NCBI GenBank assembly: GCA_003326215.1
Contig: LXQD01000205.1
Coordinates: 1-32,000 of the forward strand
Direction: 5' to 3'
Origin: Nostoc minutum NIES-26
GTDB taxonomy: Bacteria; Cyanobacteriota; Cyanobacteriia; Cyanobacteriales; Nostocaceae
DNA length: 32,000 bases
Positions 9,124 through 18,431 of the stretch are shown in pieces. Each line of letters begins with the position of its first letter. Positions within the stretch are counted from its first letter, which is position 1. The notes under the pieces are model-generated. The model worked only from the letters and a program-made list of their open reading frames with translations, was not told the origin of the DNA and searched no databases. The position numbers and the translations under genes are program-made.

Positions 9124-11109
9124 ATGGCGCTCATAGTTCAAAAATACGGTGGTACATCTGTCGGTTCAGTCGAACGCATCCAAGCTGTTGCACAACGCGT
9201 TTATAAAACAGTTAAAACAGGAAACTCACTTGTTGTAGTGGTTTCCGCAATGGGCAAAACCACCGATGGACTCGTCAAACTAGCTAATGAAATTTCCACA
9301 AATCCTAACCGCCGGGAAATGGATATGCTGCTTTCTACTGGCGAGCAAGTTACCATTGCCTTACTCAGCATGGCATTGCAAGAACTCGGACAACCAGCAA
9401 TTTCGATGACTGGCGCTCAAGTAGGAATTGTTACCGAAGCAGAACACACCCGCGCTCGAATTTTGCACATTAAAACCGATCGCCTCGTCCGTCACCTCAA
9501 TCTCGGCAAAGTAGTTGTAGTAGCTGGGTTTCAAGGTATAGCTAGCACTGAAGAGTTAGAAATTACAACTTTGGGGCGCGGTGGTTCTGACACGTCAGCA
9601 GTGGCTTTAGCCGCAGCCTTAAAAGCAAATTTTTGTGAAATTTATACAGATGTGCCAGGGATTTTAACTACAGACCCCCGCTTGGTTCCCGAAGCCCAAC
9701 TGATGGATGCAATCACCTGCAATGAAATGCTAGAACTGGCAAGCTTGGGAGCAAAAGTACTGCATCCCCGTGCCGTAGAAATTGCTCGTAACTATGGTGT
9801 TCCCCTAGTAGTCAAGTCTAGCTGGACGGATGACCCCGGTACTTGGGTGACATCAGCCAAACCCCAAGGGCGATCGCTAATCAATTTAGAAATTGCCCGT
9901 CCGGTAGACCATGTAGAATTTGACACAGACCAAGCCAAAGTAGCTTTATTGCGCGTACCTGATAAACCAGGGGTAGCAGCCAAATTATTTGGTGAAATAG
10001 CCCGCCAAAACGTCGATGTAGACTTAATTATTCAGTCAATTCATGAAGGTAACAGTAATGACATTGCTTTTACCGTCACAACACCCATATTAAAACGGGC
10101 AGAAGCAGTAGCAGCAGCGATCGCCCCAGCACTGAGAAGTAAATCTAACCCAAAATTTGACGAAGCCGAGGTGATGATAGAGCAAAATATCGCCAAAGTT
10201 AGCATTGCTGGTGCAGGCATGATTGGCCGTCCTGGCGTAGCTGCCAAGATGTTCGCCACCTTAGCTGAAGCTGGCGTAAACATCCAAATGATTTCCACCA
10301 GCGAAGTCAAAGTAAGTTGCGTAGTAGATGCAGCAGAATGCGATCGCGCCGTTACCGCACTTCGCAACGCCTTTGAAGTGGAAGCAAGGGAGCAAGGGAG
10401 CAGGGGAGCAGGGGGAGTAGGGGAAGCAGGGGGAGCAGGGGGAGCAGGGGGAGCAGGGGGAGCAGGGAGAGAAATAACAACTAACTTCCTACTTAGCAAC
10501 GCCAGTCCGCTCAAGTCGGGAGACCCGCCCACGCGGCTGGCTCCTCAGCACTCAGCACTCTCTTGTACAGACGTGATTCATCGCGTCTCTACTCAGCACT
10601 GTCCATGGGTTCGCGGCGTTGCTCTAGATATGAATCAAGCCCGTCTTGCCATTCGCCAAGTGCCAGATCGGCCGGGGATGTCGGCGCAGTTGTTTGGACT
10701 ATTGGCACAGCACAACATCAGCGTTGATATGATTATCCAATCTCAACGTTGTCGGATAATTGATGGTGTTCCCAGGCGGGATATTGCCTTTACAGTCTCG
10801 CGGATGGATGGGGAAAATGCAAAAGAATTGCTTACCCAAGTAGCAGCAAAATTAGGATGGGGTGAGGTTGTTTTAGATGGTGCGATCGCCAAAGTCAGTA
10901 TTGTCGGTGCAGGCATGGTGGGACAACCAGGAGTTGCTGCCAAAATGTTTGAAGCCCTAGCTCAACACCAAATTAATATCCAAATGATTGCCACCTCAGA
11001 AATTAAAATTAGCTGTGTCGTGGCACAAGAGCAAGGTGTGAAAGCTTTACAAGGCATTCATGCTGCCTTTGGGCTTGCTGGCAGCGAGAAATTCGTAGTG
11101 CCAGCTTAA
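9124..11109 (+). CDS. lysC: aspartate kinase with duplicated ACT regulatory region (cyanobacterial type), carrying an in-frame repeat-derived insert
   Basis: Starts [15 protein letters not shown], with the [12 protein letters not shown] kinase core and two blocks of paired ACT domains ([11 protein letters not shown]...[14 protein letters not shown] and [11 protein letters not shown]...[14 protein letters not shown]). The blocks are separated by the repeat-encoded stretch [21 protein letters not shown]... Confidence 0.95.
   Translation: MALIVQKYGGTSVGSVERIQAVAQRVYKTVKTGNSLVVVVSAMGKTTDGLVKLANEISTNPNRREMDMLLSTGEQVTIALLSMALQELGQPAISMTGAQVGIVTEAEHTRARILHIKTDRLVRHLNLGKVVVVAGFQGIASTEELEITTLGRGGSDTSAVALAAALKANFCEIYTDVPGILTTDPRLVPEAQLMDAITCNEMLELASLGAKVLHPRAVEIARNYGVPLVVKSSWTDDPGTWVTSAKPQGRSLINLEIARPVDHVEFDTDQAKVALLRVPDKPGVAAKLFGEIARQNVDVDLIIQSIHEGNSNDIAFTVTTPILKRAEAVAAAIAPALRSKSNPKFDEAEVMIEQNIAKVSIAGAGMIGRPGVAAKMFATLAEAGVNIQMISTSEVKVSCVVDAAECDRAVTALRNAFEVEAREQGSRGAGGVGEAGGAGGAGGAGGAGREITTNFLLSNASPLKSGDPPTRLAPQHSALSCTDVIHRVSTQHCPWVRGVALDMNQARLAIRQVPDRPGMSAQLFGLLAQHNISVDMIIQSQRCRIIDGVPRRDIAFTVSRMDGENAKELLTQVAAKLGWGEVVLDGAIAKVSIVGAGMVGQPGVAAKMFEALAQHQINIQMIATSEIKISCVVAQEQGVKALQGIHAAFGLAGSEKFVVPA
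10381..10600. repeat. composite repeat insert inside lysC: 9-nt tandem repeat, a small dispersed repeat, and an imperfect palindrome
   Basis: 9-mers of the GGGGGAGCA type span 10384-10468. GTCGGGAGACCCGCCCACGCGGCTGGCTCCTC (about 10515-10546) is homologous to GTCGGCAAAGCCGCCCAACGCAGTGGCTCCTC at about 31040-31072. The palindrome-like GTACAGACGTGATTCATCGCGTCTCTAC lies at about 10565-10592. Confidence 0.8.
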
Positions 11110-11133
11110 GCGGCGATAACGCTCGTTTCGCAT

Positions 11134-11170
11134 AAAGACGCAAAGGCGTTGAAAACAACTTTGCGTCTTT
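11134..11170. terminator. hairpin between convergent lysC and trmFO (12-bp stem AAAGACGCAAAG / CTTTGCGTCTTT)
   Basis: Stem read directly, with a 13-nt loop. A/T-rich flanks on both sides suggest a bidirectional terminator. Confidence 0.5.
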
Positions 11171-11191
11171 ATAGATGAAAATGTCTTTCCC

Positions 11192-12526
11192 CTACACCCC
11201 TACACCCATTTTTAAGACAGCATCTTTCCAGTTTGCCAAGTCAGCCAAAGAGCGATCGCGATAACGTCCGTAACGCTCTTGTTTATTTTTGATTTTTGCA
11301 CCCAGTTCTGGCAAAATCCCAAAATTAGGCGGCATCGGCTGGAAATGTTTGGGTGAAGCGGAACTGATAAACTCAAACAGTGCCCCCATCATCGTTGTTG
11401 GTGGTGCAGTCAACGGTTCTTGCCCCAAAGCTAGCCTTGCTGCATTTCTGCCAGCCAGCAAGCCCCCCGCTGCGGCTGCGGTGTAGCCTTCAGTCCCAAT
11501 CAATTGCCCAGCTGCGAATAAAGTCGGACGTTGCTTAAATTGCAGGGTAGGATACATGAGCTGAGGAGCATTGATAAAAGTATTGCGGTGCATCACTCCC
11601 AATCGCACAAATTCTGCCGCCTCCAAACCTGGAATTAGCTGGAATACTCGCTTTTGTTCGCCCCAACGCAAGTTAGTTTGGAATCCGACCATATTCCAAA
11701 GTTGACCAGCTTTGTCTTCTTGTCGCAACTGCACCACAGCATAGGGACGTTCTCCAGTGCGACTGTCAGACAATCCCACTGGCTTGAGGGGGCCGTAACG
11801 CATTGTGTCTTCCCCCCGTTGTGCTTGTTCTTCAATTGGCAGACAAGCTTCAAAAAATTTCGCTGTTTCCCGGTCAAAATCCTTAAGTTCTGTTTGTTCG
11901 GCTTTACGGAGTTCTTCCCAGAACCGCAAGTACTGCTCTTTATTCATTGGGCAGTTGAGATAAGAAGCTTCGCCTTTGTCATATCGTGATGCCATAAAGG
12001 CAATATCGCGGTTAATCGATTCTCCCACGATAATCGGACTAGCCGCATCAAAAAAGCTGAGGTATTCCATCCCCGTCAAGCGTTGCAAATCTTCTGCCAA
12101 GTCAGGACTGGTTAAAGGCCCAGTTGCCAAAACTACAATTCCTTCAGGTAGAGCTGGTACTTCGCCTCGGCGGAATTCAATCAAAGGATGGCTAGATAAA
12201 GTTTCCGTCAAATCTTGACCAAATTGACCCCTATCTACGGCTAACGCGCCACCAGCAGGAACAGCGTGTTCATCAGCTTTCGAGATGATTATAGAACCAA
12301 GTTGGCGTAACTCTTCGTGCAATAATCCAGCAGCGCGATCGCTTGCCATTGCCCCAAAGGAATTACTACAAACTAATTCCGCCAGATGTTCTGTATGATG
12401 AGCAGGGCTGAAGCGTTTTGGGCGCATTTCATGGAGAATTGCAGGCACTCCAGCCTGGGCTATTTGCCACGCTGCTTCTGTCCCAGCTAGTCCACCTCCA
12501 ATCACTTGTATCGGTTGTTTATCCAT
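11192..12526 (-). CDS. trmFO: methylenetetrahydrofolate--tRNA-(uracil-5-)-methyltransferase TrmFO
   Basis: 444 aa. The N-terminal FAD-binding motif [16 protein letters not shown] is followed by LHEMRP...[15 protein letters not shown], typical of TrmFO/Gid. Confidence 0.93.
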   Translation of the reverse strand: MDKQPIQVIGGGLAGTEAAWQIAQAGVPAILHEMRPKRFSPAHHTEHLAELVCSNSFGAMASDRAAGLLHEELRQLGSIIISKADEHAVPAGGALAVDRGQFGQDLTETLSSHPLIEFRRGEVPALPEGIVVLATGPLTSPDLAEDLQRLTGMEYLSFFDAASPIIVGESINRDIAFMASRYDKGEASYLNCPMNKEQYLRFWEELRKAEQTELKDFDRETAKFFEACLPIEEQAQRGEDTMRYGPLKPVGLSDSRTGERPYAVVQLRQEDKAGQLWNMVGFQTNLRWGEQKRVFQLIPGLEAAEFVRLGVMHRNTFINAPQLMYPTLQFKQRPTLFAAGQLIGTEGYTAAAAGGLLAGRNAARLALGQEPLTAPPTTMMGALFEFISSASPKHFQPMPPNFGILPELGAKIKNKQERYGRYRDRSLADLANWKDAVLKMGVGV

Positions 12527-12897
12527 AAATTAGTCAAATTGTTAATTGCTAGTCTATTTGATTGTGCTTGTCTTCAGCTGTTTGGTAGATAAAAAAGCGT
12601 TTTACGAGCTTACCATCATCACGTTTGAGATAGTACCAAGATAACGAAACTGAAAAATCTTAACCGACAAATTAAACTTATTATCCACAAGAGTGCAAAT
12701 GTCTCAAACTCAGACCGAAAACTTTTGTGAAAGCGCTGTGCTTGCTGACTTCACAGTCTGCCCCATAGCAGTAAAGAATTCCATGCCCTGGTTGATAGGC
12801 GGCAGCCAGTGTTTTACACATTGATTGCGAGGTCGTGGTAGACAAAAATCAGCGACGTATTCGTGACTCGCTCAAGAAACACATTTTCATGCACCGT

Positions 12898-13742
12898 CAA
12901 TTTTTAGAGACAAAATTGCTGGCATTATGTTTGAAATGTTGAATAACAAAAAACACCGTAAATGCACGCATATTATAGTCAGAACTGAAATTTTCAGAAT
13001 AAGTCGCAGATGAAGACAGCATCTTGTTTACCGTTAGGCATAGACCAAAAGCTATATACAGTAGTAGGTATTGAGTTGTGATAAAGTTATGCATAGCTTT
13101 CAGATATTGACTTTGCGTGTTTAGTCTCAGACTTTTAGATTCAGGACAATTCTACCAAATGGAATAGTCCATTATTGATATTTCGCTATTGGGATTTATG
13201 CTAGCTATTTTTTTAATTTAAATGGTTATGTAATTCACCAAAAAAAATATTTGTCTCTAGTTAAAATGTGGGACAGACATAATTGTAATTATTAGGTCTT
13301 TTCCAGATAGTTTATCTAGTTGATTATTGAAAATGTTTGAAGCACAATAGCATCAAGTAGTTAAGTTAAAGAGCTTAATTACCTACAAAAACAACTTGTC
13401 GAGAGTCAACTATTCTAGGAGTAAATTATGTCAACTATCGCTGTTTCCGAACTAAACAACGCTGGCATTCAATTGTTTGAAGATTCCGAAAACTTTCTCA
13501 ATGACCTAAGCGATATAGATTCCATCTCTGTATATGGTGGTGGTGGTAATGGTGGTAATGGTGGTGTTAGTGATGTTACAACCTTGACAAAGCTGGCTGA
13601 AGGATTTGTGACTGTATATGCTGTTGGTCACATTGCTGATATAGCTAAATCATTCAGCGCAATTCAGTAATGAAAACGATAGTTCATTACTAATCTCTAA
13701 AACGCTTATCGGAGGCAAGGGAAAAACAATCTCTGCTATCAG
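12898..13742. repeat. left arm of a large inverted duplication
   Basis: It is the reverse complement of 14311-15147. The 5' region and leader-coding part are near-identical; the distal end (12898-13100) is more diverged. Confidence 0.9.
13428..13670 (+). CDS. double-glycine-leader peptide precursor (bacteriocin / microcin / pheromone-like), copy A
   Basis: 80 aa, with GGAG 8 nt upstream of the ATG. The leader ends LSDIDSISVYGG (fits LSxxELxxIxGG). The core is Gly-rich then amphipathic and contains no Cys. Confidence 0.7.
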   Translation: MSTIAVSELNNAGIQLFEDSENFLNDLSDIDSISVYGGGGNGGNGGVSDVTTLTKLAEGFVTVYAVGHIADIAKSFSAIQ

Positions 13743-13848
13743 CATGAAGGTTCGCGGATTACTGAGCCTCCGAAAGTGTCTACCAAAACTAGCTATTTAT
13801 ATAGCTTAGCTATAGTAAAAGATTTGCCATGCTCTCCTGAAAAATAAC

Positions 13849-13880
13849 AACCTAGCCAATTAGATTGGCTAGGTTTTTTC
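13849..13880 (+). terminator. intrinsic terminator downstream of peptide gene A
   Basis: AACCTAGCCAAT-taga-TTGGCTAGGTT followed by a T-run (TTTTTC). Confidence 0.7.
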
Positions 13881-14236
13881 TATTAAAAAAACTTCAAAAA
13901 ACTTTTATTTATCCATGTATAGGATGTATTTAAAGCTCAACAAGTTTAACATTTTAGTTTAGATAAACACTTTCATAAATGAGATTGTTGCAGATAAAAT
14001 TAACCACTACATAAGTTGTGCAATCTTTGCAAAACAATGGTTTAAAAATAAAAAAACAACAGATAATTAAAAGTCTTTATGTATTACTCTACTGCTATAC
14101 CAATATAAACTTTAGTGATGTAGCATAAGATTTTATAACATAGCTACAAGGATTCGAAGCTACTAAAAACTATAGAGTTTTAAATTGTACTGCTTGAAGT
14201 ATGTAAGACTAATTTAGGATTGCTAAATAACTTGTG

Positions 14237-14273
14237 ACAAACAAAATCCCCAACTTCTCAAAGAAGTCAGGGA
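14237..14273 (-). terminator. probable intrinsic terminator downstream of peptide gene B
   Basis: Imperfect hairpin TCCCCAACTTCT / AGAAGTCAGGGA (10 of 12 pairs), followed on the minus strand by TTTTGTTTGT. Confidence 0.5.
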
Positions 14274-14310
14274 TCTGTGGGTTTCGATTCTCAGAAATCA
14301 AGTAAAATTG

Positions 14311-15147
14311 CTACAGCAGAGATTCTTTTTCATTACCTCCTATAAGCGTTATAAAGATTAATAATGAACTATCGTTTTCATTACTGAATTGCGCTGAATG
14401 ATTTAGCTATGTTAGCAATGTGACCAACGCCATATACAGCTACAAATGCTTGAGCTAGCTTCGTTAATGGTGTAGCATCACTAGCACCACCATTACCACT
14501 AGCACCACCATATACAGAGATAGAATCTATATCACTTAGGTCATTGAGAAAGTTTTCGGAATCTTCAAACAATTGAATGCCAGCGTTGTTTAGTTCGGAA
14601 ACAGCGATAGTTGACATAATTTACTCCTAGAATAGTTGACTCTCGACAAGTTGTTTTTGCAGGTAATTAAGCTCTTTAACTTAACTACTTGATGCTATTG
14701 TGCTTCAAACATTTTCAATAATCAACTAGATAAACTATCTGGAAAAGACCTAATAATTGCAATTATGTCTGTTCCACATTTTAGCTAGAGACAAATATTT
14801 TTTCTGGTGAATTACATAACCATTTAAATTAAAAAAATAACTAGCATAAATCTCAATTGTGAAATATTGATAAAGGACTATTCCATTCGGTAGAATTGTC
14901 CTGAAACTAAAAGTCTGAGACTAAACACGCAAAGCTAATATCTAAAGGCTATACATCAATTTGTTACTACTCAACACTTATTCCTCTATATAACTTTTGG
15001 AATATGTCAAACGGCAAGCAAGATGCTGTCTTTATCTACGACTTCTTATTCCAATTTCAGTTCTGACTATAATATGCGTGCATTTACGGTATTTTTTGAA
15101 TTCAATAATTCAAACTTAATGCCAGCAATTTTGTCTCCAAAATTAGT
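14311..15147. repeat. right arm of the large inverted duplication
   Basis: It is the reverse complement of 12898-13742. Confidence 0.9.
14381..14617 (-). CDS. double-glycine-leader peptide precursor, copy B
   Basis: 78 aa. The first 38 residues are identical to copy A, with only 2 synonymous nt differences. The core is diverged (ASGNGGASDATPLTKLAQAFVAVYGVGHIAN...). Confidence 0.7.
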   Translation of the reverse strand: MSTIAVSELNNAGIQLFEDSENFLNDLSDIDSISVYGGASGNGGASDATPLTKLAQAFVAVYGVGHIANIAKSFSAIQ

Positions 15148-15238
15148 GAGTTTTTCCAAATGTAATACTTTCGCAAATTAACCATGCAAATTTGATAGAA
15201 TAGCAAGTTAGTTGTTTTTATAGGTAATTAATGCTTTT

Positions 15239-15271
15239 GCCCTCTGCCCTAGACAGAGGGCTTTTTGTTTT
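15239..15271 (+). terminator. hairpin plus T-run (GCCCTCTG-ccctaga-CAGAGGGC TTTTTGTTTT)
   Basis: Read directly. It lies between the inverted duplication and the response-regulator gene. Confidence 0.6.
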
Positions 15272-15594
15272 GCAAAAGATTAGCGATCGCTAGAAGTCAA
15301 GATATTGTCCAAAAATCAGATTTGTCTTGGGCTGGTTCTGGGAGGCATTTGTTCGTGACTAGCGCTCTTGCGTCACTCTGAGAAAGAAATCAAAGACAAC
15401 TAACGCCTAGATGGCAGGCTGGATAGAGAAAGAAGAAATTTGTAGAGCATGTGCGAGATTCTTTTTAGCTTTATACATAAACCTAAAAAGTAAATTTTTT
15501 TCTCTGGGTAGAATTTCCAGGAACTTTCTACAGATACACTAGTCATGCGATAGGCAAGCTGGGGAAGATTTAAGCAGTAGAGGGTGTTTTTGCA

Positions 15595-18009
15595 ATGAGA
15601 ATCTTGCTGATTGAAGATGACGAGATATTAGCGAGTGTCTTGTTGCAGTCTCTTACCCAACAACACTATGTTGTTGATACCGCACATGACGGACAAACTG
15701 GTTGGGAATATGCCCAAGGCACGCAGCACGACCTGATATTACTAGATGTGGGACTGCCAAAGCTGGATGGAATTACATTATGTCAACGCTTACGTTCTGA
15801 TGGCTATTCTGCTCCTATTTTGTTGATGACAGCGAAAGATGCAACTAGCGATCGCATTCGTGGACTCGATGCTGGAGCAGATGATTATCTGATTAAACCT
15901 TTGGATTTGGGAGAACTCCAAGCAAGAGTCAGGGCGTTGCTGCGTCGGGGCGATACTCCCCGTACTCCAGTGCTAGAAGTTGGTGCATTACGGTTAGATC
16001 CAAGTAGCTGTCAGGTAACATACAATAATCAACTGCTAGATTTAACACCCAAAGAATACAGTTTGCTGGAACTTTTGCTGCGGAATCCCTCGCGGGTTTT
16101 CAGTCGGGGAAATATCATCGAGCATCTCTGGACTTTCGACGATCCACCCCAAGAAGAAAGCGTCAAATCGCACATTAAAGGCTTGCGACAAAAGATGAAA
16201 GCAGCCGGAGCAGCAGACTGGATTGAAAACGTATATGGTTTGGGATATCGTCTGAATCCATCTTCAGGAGGAAGAGAAGTAGGAGAGCAGGGGAGCAGGA
16301 AGAGAAGTTGCCATAGCGTAGCGTTAGCGAGTCATCGAGCGTCGGAGGGTTTCCCTCCAAGCAAACTTCGGGGAGCAGAGGAGCAAGGGAGAAACTTTAA
16401 TCCAAAATTGCAAATCCCAAATTCTGAAGTTGAACAACAGTTCAACCAAGCTATGAGTGGCTTGTGGAGTCAATATCAGGGGTTGATGACACAACGGATG
16501 GAGGTAGTACAACAAGCAGCAGCAGCCATTTCTAGCAAAACGCTGACTCAAGAGTTACGCCAATCCGCAGAACGGGAGGCGCACAAGCTAGCTGGTGTCT
16601 TGGGAATGTTTGAGCAAGAAACTGGTACTCAGATAGCGCGAGAAATCGAACAGATTTTAGGCAAAGATGGAGACTTGTTACCAGCCCAAAAACGTCGGGT
16701 GTTGTCGCTAATACAAGAGTTAGCTGAATTGCTCAACCTGATGGGACAAAAGGTAGTTAATCAACCTACTATCTCGATGGTGGAAGAAATCAGTGCCAGA
16801 TTGCTACTAATTGACCCCGATTTGCAACTTGGTTTTCAGCTACAAGAACTGGCGCAATCTGAAGGAATAGGCTGGCAGCAAATCACAACCCTAGAAAGTG
16901 CGAAAAACTACCTGCAAACGACATTACCAGATTTAGTGGTGCTGAGTGTAGATGAAGTGGGGCTGCGGGAAGCAAGTTTAGCAATGCTTTCAGACTTAGC
17001 AACTCGCACCCCTCCTGTACCCGTGCTTGTGCTGGCTGCTGCTGATGGGTTGGTAGATCGCGTGAGCGTTGCTAGGTCTGGGGCGCGGGGTTTTCTGGTC
17101 AAGCCTGTCACCGCGAATCAAGTTTGGGATGTTGGGTCTGCACTATTACAGCGCACCCATTCTCTAACAGTCAATTTACTAGTAGTAGATGACGATCCGC
17201 TGATTTTGGCAGCTTTACGCCCAATGTTAGAGCCTTGGGGTATGCGTGTTACAGGATTAGACGAGCCGGTACGTTTCTGGGATGTACTGCAATCTACCAC
17301 ACCCGATTTGTTGATTTTGGATGTGGAGATGCCGCAAATAAGTGGTATTGAACTTTGCCAAGCAGTTCGTACAGATCCCCAGTGGCAGGAATTGCCGATT
17401 GTATTTCTCACCGCGCACCGAGAGATGGAAACTGTGCAGCAGGTATTTGCAGCTGGAGGAGATGATTATGTGGTCAAACCTGTCGTTGTGGCAGAACTGG
17501 TGGCAAGGATAACCCATCGCTTAGAACGCAGTCGTCTGCTTCACTCTTTCTGCACTCAAGACCCTTTAACCCGACTAGCAAATCAATCTCAGTCTAGCCG
17601 CGACTTGCAGCACCTGATTGCTCAAGCAAACAAAAATCAACACCCTGTTTGCTTAATGGTATTGAGTGCAATCGAGTTGCACCAAATTAATATCCAGTAC
17701 GGTCATGAGGCCGGCAACCAAGTCTTGCAACGATGGAGTCGTCTGTTTCAATCGACATTTTGTAGTGGCGAATTACTCAGCTATTGGGGCAACGGGGAGT
17801 TTGTGGTGGGAGTGTCTGGATTGACAAAAACAGAAGTAAGCACTCAGCTCAGTGATATTTTGACTACCCTTCGCCAACAAATATTCACAGCATCCAATGG
17901 CGATCGCTTCCAGGCAACATGTAGTTTTGCGATAGTTGAGTATCCTAATGATGGATTAACAATACAATCTCTCTATAAAATTGCTAATTCTACCTTGAAG
18001 CATAATTAA
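15595..18009 (+). CDS. multidomain response regulator: REC - OmpR-type wHTH - HPt - REC-like - REC - degenerate GGDEF
   Basis: 804 aa. REC1 has D51 (15745-15747) and LIKP. The wHTH region reads LTPKEYSLLELLL...VYGLGYRL. The HPt motif is EAHKLAGVLGMF (His at 16582-16584). The second REC-like region carries VLSVD and LVKP, and the third REC carries VVDDD, LILDVEMP and VVKP. The C-terminal domain starts DPLTRLAN and has GNGEF (17788-17802) in place of GGDEF, and it lacks the usual DxD. Confidence 0.9.
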   Translation: MRILLIEDDEILASVLLQSLTQQHYVVDTAHDGQTGWEYAQGTQHDLILLDVGLPKLDGITLCQRLRSDGYSAPILLMTAKDATSDRIRGLDAGADDYLIKPLDLGELQARVRALLRRGDTPRTPVLEVGALRLDPSSCQVTYNNQLLDLTPKEYSLLELLLRNPSRVFSRGNIIEHLWTFDDPPQEESVKSHIKGLRQKMKAAGAADWIENVYGLGYRLNPSSGGREVGEQGSRKRSCHSVALASHRASEGFPPSKLRGAEEQGRNFNPKLQIPNSEVEQQFNQAMSGLWSQYQGLMTQRMEVVQQAAAAISSKTLTQELRQSAEREAHKLAGVLGMFEQETGTQIAREIEQILGKDGDLLPAQKRRVLSLIQELAELLNLMGQKVVNQPTISMVEEISARLLLIDPDLQLGFQLQELAQSEGIGWQQITTLESAKNYLQTTLPDLVVLSVDEVGLREASLAMLSDLATRTPPVPVLVLAAADGLVDRVSVARSGARGFLVKPVTANQVWDVGSALLQRTHSLTVNLLVVDDDPLILAALRPMLEPWGMRVTGLDEPVRFWDVLQSTTPDLLILDVEMPQISGIELCQAVRTDPQWQELPIVFLTAHREMETVQQVFAAGGDDYVVKPVVVAELVARITHRLERSRLLHSFCTQDPLTRLANQSQSSRDLQHLIAQANKNQHPVCLMVLSAIELHQINIQYGHEAGNQVLQRWSRLFQSTFCSGELLSYWGNGEFVVGVSGLTKTEVSTQLSDILTTLRQQIFTASNGDRFQATCSFAIVEYPNDGLTIQSLYKIANSTLKHN
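16265..16395. repeat. in-frame repeat-derived insert in the regulator linker
   Basis: GGAGAGCAGGGGAGCAGG and GGGGAGCAGAGGAGCAAGGGAG flank GCCATAGCGTAGCGTTAGCGAG...CGGAGGGTTTCCCTCC. The inner piece resembles GCGTAGCGTCGACC...CGGAGGGAGACC at 30955-31000. Confidence 0.7.
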
Positions 18010-18431
18010 TATTGAATCGTAGAACTAGCCTAGTACTCGACCAACCCAAAATTGCTGGATGAAGGCAAGCAGGGGAGGCAGATATATGTACTTTGAAAAC
18101 GTGCGTCAGTGGCAAGGAACTGCGGATGCACTTACAACCCACATTCCGCACCCGGAACTGTCACAAAAGAAAAGGCAGGGAATTTTGGGGCTAGTTTTTG
18201 ATTCAAGATCAAAACTGGAGGGAAGAAAAGTTAAAAATCAAGCCAGGTTTGATAAAAAATGAATCGGTATAAAAAATACTGCATAAAAAAGTAGAGCTAC
18301 TGCTGCTAATAATTGCGATCGCATACCTTTGAGCGAGAGTAGCTTTGTTGATTTAGTTCGCATGAAAAGGCGAGTGCATGTATACCCGGTAAGCGCACTC
18401 GCCCCAAACTGTAATCAGAAATGAGGTCATC

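Noticed and set aside
10041-10532. 163-aa minus-strand ORF with [11 protein letters not shown] repeats
   Set aside because: It lies antisense inside lysC and is kept open by the 9-nt tandem repeat, so it is a shadow ORF.
12699-12824. Short Cys-containing ORF (41 aa, plus strand; an overlapping 47-aa minus-strand ORF also exists) between trmFO and the inverted duplication
   Set aside because: Both strands are open, there is no clear SD, and no family was recognised, so the evidence is too weak. It is only worth revisiting if transcript data show a small RNA or peptide here.
12897-13094. 65-aa minus-strand ORF in the left arm of the inverted duplication
   Set aside because: The equivalent position in the right arm has ATA instead of ATG. 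The differences between arms do not follow a codon pattern, so it is not conserved as a gene.
18059-18262. 67-aa plus-strand ORF downstream of the response regulator
   Set aside because: It has no SD, a basic low-complexity sequence, and nothing recognisable.
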